Source of the DNA: an uncultured bacterium
GTDB taxonomy: Bacteria > Babelota > Babeliae > Babelales > Babelaceae
Length of the DNA stretch: 64,000 nt
Assembly: GCA_963717435.1 (NCBI GenBank)
Contig: OY970332.1
Coordinates: 1,056,001-1,120,000, forward strand
Direction: 5' to 3'
The position numbers and the translations under genes are program-made. The notes below the pieces were generated by a model that saw nothing but the letters and a program-made list of their open reading frames with translations, had not been told where the DNA came from and did not search any database. Below are positions 60,458 to 64,000 of this stretch, in pieces; position 1 is the stretch's first letter, and each line of letters opens with the position of its first letter.

Positions 60458-61672
60458 ATGAATACTATTAGTATTAAATCTAAATTAAAAGATTTTAATC
60501 TTGAAAATAAAACTGTTTTTTTGAGAGCCGATCTTAATGTCACTATTATAAAAAACCCAGATGGCTCAAGAAAAATATTTAGTGATTATAAAATTCAGGC
60601 AATAAGACCAACTATAGACTTAATACTCTCAAAAAAAGGCCGAATAGTTTTGGCGACCCATATGGGCAGGCCCAAAAAACAGGAACCTGAATATTCTACT
60701 CAAATCATTTCTGAATATTTGGCACAGCTTGGTTATAAAATAGGCTTTGAAAATTTTAAAAATAGTCTTGATAAAAATATAATCTCAAAAAAACTCGAAT
60801 CTGTAGATATAGTATTACTTGAAAATCTCAGATTCTGGCCCGAAGAAACATCTAATACTATAGACAGCAAAGAATTTGCAAAAAAATTATATAACTTGGC
60901 AGAATTTTATGTTAACGACGCATTTGGGGCGTTGCACAGGGAAAACAGCTCGGTGACGCAGCTTGCACAAATTTACCCAGAAAATAGAAAAACTATTGGG
61001 TTATTAGTAGAAAAAGAGTTAAGGGAGCTTACAAAACTTAAAGATAACCCTGCAAGGCCGCTAACGCTTATTTTGGGTGGCGGAAAAGTCAAAGACAAGC
61101 TTGTGCTAATAGAGAGCTTGATAGAAAAAATAGACACGGTAATTTTATGTCCTGCGCTGGTCTTTACTATTTTAAGGTCCCAGGGATTTGAAGTTGGCTC
61201 CTCTCTTGTTGAACCCAACTTATTAGATTATTCAAAAAAGCTCTTAAATATCGCAAAGAATAAGAATCTAAAATTAGTTTTTCCTGAAGATTATTTAGTG
61301 GGAACCGGAACGGTTAATAAATTTGAAAAGTTACAATATAAAAATATATCAAGTTTTAATAGCTCAGATTTCGGTATATCTATAGGTCCAAAATCTGTAG
61401 ATATTTTTAAAGATCTAATAAATAACTCTAAAACTATATTTTTTAACTGCGCCATGGGATTCTTTGATAAACCTGAGACTCTAGAATCTACGCAAAAACT
61501 TCTTAATATAATCGGCCAATCTAAAACTTATAGTATTGTCGGTGGTGGGGATTCTGTTGCAGCAGTGCAATATTTTGGACTTGAAAAGAATATAGATTTC
61601 TTATCAACAGGCGGCGGTGCGACTTTGGAATTTTTGGCAGGAAAAGATTTACCCGGTTTAAAATATTTATAA
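60458..61672 (+). CDS. pgk: Phosphoglycerate kinase
   Basis: RADLNV, THMGRP, LLENLRF, NDAFG, GGGDS, STGGGATLEFL. Confidence 0.97.
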   Translation: MNTISIKSKLKDFNLENKTVFLRADLNVTIIKNPDGSRKIFSDYKIQAIRPTIDLILSKKGRIVLATHMGRPKKQEPEYSTQIISEYLAQLGYKIGFENFKNSLDKNIISKKLESVDIVLLENLRFWPEETSNTIDSKEFAKKLYNLAEFYVNDAFGALHRENSSVTQLAQIYPENRKTIGLLVEKELRELTKLKDNPARPLTLILGGGKVKDKLVLIESLIEKIDTVILCPALVFTILRSQGFEVGSSLVEPNLLDYSKKLLNIAKNKNLKLVFPEDYLVGTGTVNKFEKLQYKNISSFNSSDFGISIGPKSVDIFKDLINNSKTIFFNCAMGFFDKPETLESTQKLLNIIGQSKTYSIVGGGDSVAAVQYFGLEKNIDFLSTGGGATLEFLAGKDLPGLKYL

Positions 61673-61675
61673 AAA

Positions 61676-62215
61676 TTATCTTACAGGACAAAAACCTAAA
61701 AGACACGCTCCACGACGAACATGATCTTGAAACTCTTTATCTGATTCAGAACCTGCCTCTGAGTGTTCCACAATTAATATCCCATGATTGTCATGTTTCA
61801 TGTTCCAAGTATAATATTTGGGATTTTTTAGGCCAAGATACCCAGAAATCTCTTTAACAATTTCTGATTCGTTAGCGTTTGAGCTTTTTAAGCTGGGTCT
61901 TGAAATTCCGCGAACTATATTATTAAATTTTGCCTTGGCCATATAATCTGTAAAAACTTCTGGCTTGTTCCATATGTCAGCAAGTTGGGTGCAACGTTCA
62001 TTTTTATTATAACCCGCAACGCCTTTAAAAGTATTAAAGTCTGGATTATCAACAAAATATGCCGCTTTTTCAAGGTTAAACACTGATTCGTTGGCAAGTT
62101 CATGCAGAAGAAACTCTGACAAATTTTTTGCCCCATGGACCGATATCATTTTTTCTGGCAAACAACTCAAACATTCATAGATTGCGTGAGTGCGATTGCC
62201 GTTATTATTTTTCAT
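61676..62215 (-). CDS. Hypothetical protein
   Basis: 179-aa ORF with AGGT-type RBS. Confidence 0.7.
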   Translation of the reverse strand: MKNNNGNRTHAIYECLSCLPEKMISVHGAKNLSEFLLHELANESVFNLEKAAYFVDNPDFNTFKGVAGYNKNERCTQLADIWNKPEVFTDYMAKAKFNNIVRGISRPSLKSSNANESEIVKEISGYLGLKNPKYYTWNMKHDNHGILIVEHSEAGSESDKEFQDHVRRGACLLGFCPVR

Positions 62216-62297
62216 ACCACCTATCCTTTTTTTGGTATTATTTGGGTATTAATTTAAACAGCTTCTAGTAACATATTAGCAGACAAAAAAAATAAAA

Positions 62298-62320
62298 GGC
62301 AATAAAGAATCTTTATTGCC
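62298..62320. promoter_or_regulatory. Perfect inverted repeat between divergent genes
   Basis: ggcaataaag-aat-ctttattgcc. Confidence 0.35.
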
Positions 62321-62402
62321 GAAAAAACAGAAATAGTGGTAGGCTAATTTAAAAGTGATATTAAAAAAGGCGTAGTAAATCCAAAAAAAGAAAATTTAGA
62401 CT

Positions 62403-63458
62403 ATGAAAATAAAATTCATAATACAAATTCTAGTTGTGCTATCTTTGATAAATTTGGAGATAATTTCAACTCGAAGTATTTTCAGACCCGATGATCCACT
62501 GACACCAGAAATCACAACCCAATGGAAAGATGGCGGTAAAAAATATTACCTAAGACATACAAGGCTTTCATATGTGCCGTTATTTAAAAAATTTGATAGA
62601 GATTTTTTTGATAGTCATATGTTACCAGATGGCAAAATCAACTTCAGAAGTGATCCTGATAAATCTGTAAATGGGTCAGAACTAAAAGAACTTTTTGAGG
62701 AACTGCTTAAAGAGATTTATCAGCAAAAAACTGAATACACCAATTTTACTGTGCTGAAAAGACGGGACTTTAATATGAGCAACCAATCTGGAGTAATAAT
62801 ATTAAAGTGCAAAAAATATCCCTTTGTTGTGAAGATTTTTATCGAAACTCCTGAAAGCTTTGTTCGCCCATTTTCAAAAGGGTTCGAACCCTCAGTATTT
62901 TTTATTATGGGTGGCGGCATAAACAGGTATTTGTCTGGATTTACGCGTATAAAAAATCTTGAGGTGATAAAGAAACAGATAGAAGAGGACCCAGTCTGGT
63001 CGAAAAAAATCGATGTCCCAAGAAAATGGTACTGGGCGCCGAAAAATAACAAATGGTTTACTTTAACTGGAAAAAATATTGGCCAACAAAAAACAACATC
63101 TATAGAACTACCGTCAGTTTATGCGATAGTCAGTGATGCGATAACTGTTGACAAGGGATTCTCTATATTCAACAAACAAAATAGAAAAGATGTTATAGCG
63201 CTTTCTAAATTTTTAGGTAACAGAATAGACCCGCACATAGACAATTATTTACGCGAAAAAGATACCGGATTATTAGTTATTGTAGATAGTGAGCATTTTC
63301 CTACAATGGTTGGACTTAAAAAACCACTCACATGTGACAGTTATGCAGGATGGTATTCAAAACTTGTCGTGAAATGTTCAAAAGATATGTTCGCACAGGA
63401 CAAAAGAGCGAGAAGAGCCGCACAATTTAACGAAGAGCCCGAATACTTGGCAGTGTGA
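62403..63458 (+). CDS. Hypothetical exported protein
   Basis: 351-aa ORF with N-terminal hydrophobic signal. Confidence 0.75.
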   Translation: MKIKFIIQILVVLSLINLEIISTRSIFRPDDPLTPEITTQWKDGGKKYYLRHTRLSYVPLFKKFDRDFFDSHMLPDGKINFRSDPDKSVNGSELKELFEELLKEIYQQKTEYTNFTVLKRRDFNMSNQSGVIILKCKKYPFVVKIFIETPESFVRPFSKGFEPSVFFIMGGGINRYLSGFTRIKNLEVIKKQIEEDPVWSKKIDVPRKWYWAPKNNKWFTLTGKNIGQQKTTSIELPSVYAIVSDAITVDKGFSIFNKQNRKDVIALSKFLGNRIDPHIDNYLREKDTGLLVIVDSEHFPTMVGLKKPLTCDSYAGWYSKLVVKCSKDMFAQDKRARRAAQFNEEPEYLAV

Positions 63459-63482
63459 TAGCTACCAGAAGATTAATTTTTT

Positions 63483-63587
63483 ATGGTTCGATACACCCGT
63501 CACCTAATCCCGCGCTCGCCCTGAGTGTTTTTCGAACATAGTGAGAAAAATGTATCGAAGGGTGCCGGGCACTCACCACGAGCGGGT
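63483..63587 (-). repeat. Nested (repeat-within-repeat) palindromic element
   Basis: Outer TGGT/ACCA-stem copy on the minus strand encloses an inner CCCT/AGGG-stem copy on the plus strand. Confidence 0.92.
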
Positions 63588-63612
63588 AAAAAATTAATTT
63601 TTTGATAATCTC

Positions 63613-64000
63613 TCAGACAAAAATTTCATGTTCGATACGCTCAAGCTCTGCGCCCCATGACGCATCGGTATCTTTGTAATAAGATATTTTTTCAAGAGCA
63701 TGAATAACTGTAGAGTGATCTTTGCGACACCAAAAGGTCCCGATATCTTTAAGAGATTTATCTGTTAATTTTTTCATAAAATACATGGCCACATGTCGTG
63801 CCAAAGTTACATTCTTATTGCGACTTGAAGATCTAAGATCTTCTAAATTATATTGATAATATCTAGCAACTGTCTGCGCAATTCTTTGCAAATCAGCTGT
63901 TCCGGGTTTGGTCTCTTTTGGATTGGTTCCCAAAACTTTTTGGGCAAGTTTGAGACTTATAGATTCTGAAGTTAAAGAAGAATAGGCTATTAGTCGTATG
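63613..64000 (-). CDS. dnaA: Chromosomal replication initiator DnaA, C-terminal part (runs off window)
   Basis: Domain IV: ARHVAMY, SLKDIG..KDHSTVIHA; frame open to the window end. Confidence 0.95.
   Translation of the reverse strand, partial: IRLIAYSSLTSESISLKLAQKVLGTNPKETKPGTADLQRIAQTVARYYQYNLEDLRSSSRNKNVTLARHVAMYFMKKLTDKSLKDIGTFWCRKDHSTVIHALEKISYYKDTDASWGAELERIEHEIFV

Noticed and set aside
61676-61690. C-terminal CPVR as CaaX
   Set aside because: No signal peptide, and Arg in the X position is non-canonical.

Overview
AT-rich bacterial chromosome window. The gene content suggests a protist-associated intracellular bacterium such as Ca. Dependentiae/Babelota (inference, not shown): ankyrin, WD40 and F-box proteins with Sec signals, beta-helix and beta-propeller surface-protein arrays, and an archaeal/eukaryotic-type ProRS. 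Housekeeping genes present are proS, dnaN, recF, ruvC, dnaB, rplI, ileS, murD, ftsW, pepA, trxB-trx fusion, rpiB, lolC/E-like, pgk and the 3' part of dnaA. They are interleaved with (i) four tandem 7-repeat delta-60 propeller genes next to a tyrosine recombinase, (ii) a 2.1-kb tandem duplication, (iii) pseudopilin genes and (iv) a six-gene beta-helix cluster headed by a 1850-aa Cys-Cys coiled-coil fibre. The most striking signal is a small GIY-YIG nuclease gene bracketed by two inverted copies of a structured palindromic repeat (CCGCTCG-stem-GAGTG-[hairpin]-TGTATCGA-stem'-TG). The same repeat is dispersed at five more loci, shows compensatory stem changes, nests inside itself, and sits in frame inside murD. 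This resembles a REP/RAYT system but with a GIY-YIG rather than HUH enzyme. Other candidates are two ankyrin proteins ending in CaaX boxes (one with F-box/Ank/CaaX architecture), a probable sRNA between recF and ruvC, and shared C-terminal motifs. ileS and dnaB are frameshifted, most likely from sequencing errors. No tRNA, rRNA or CRISPR array was recognised.
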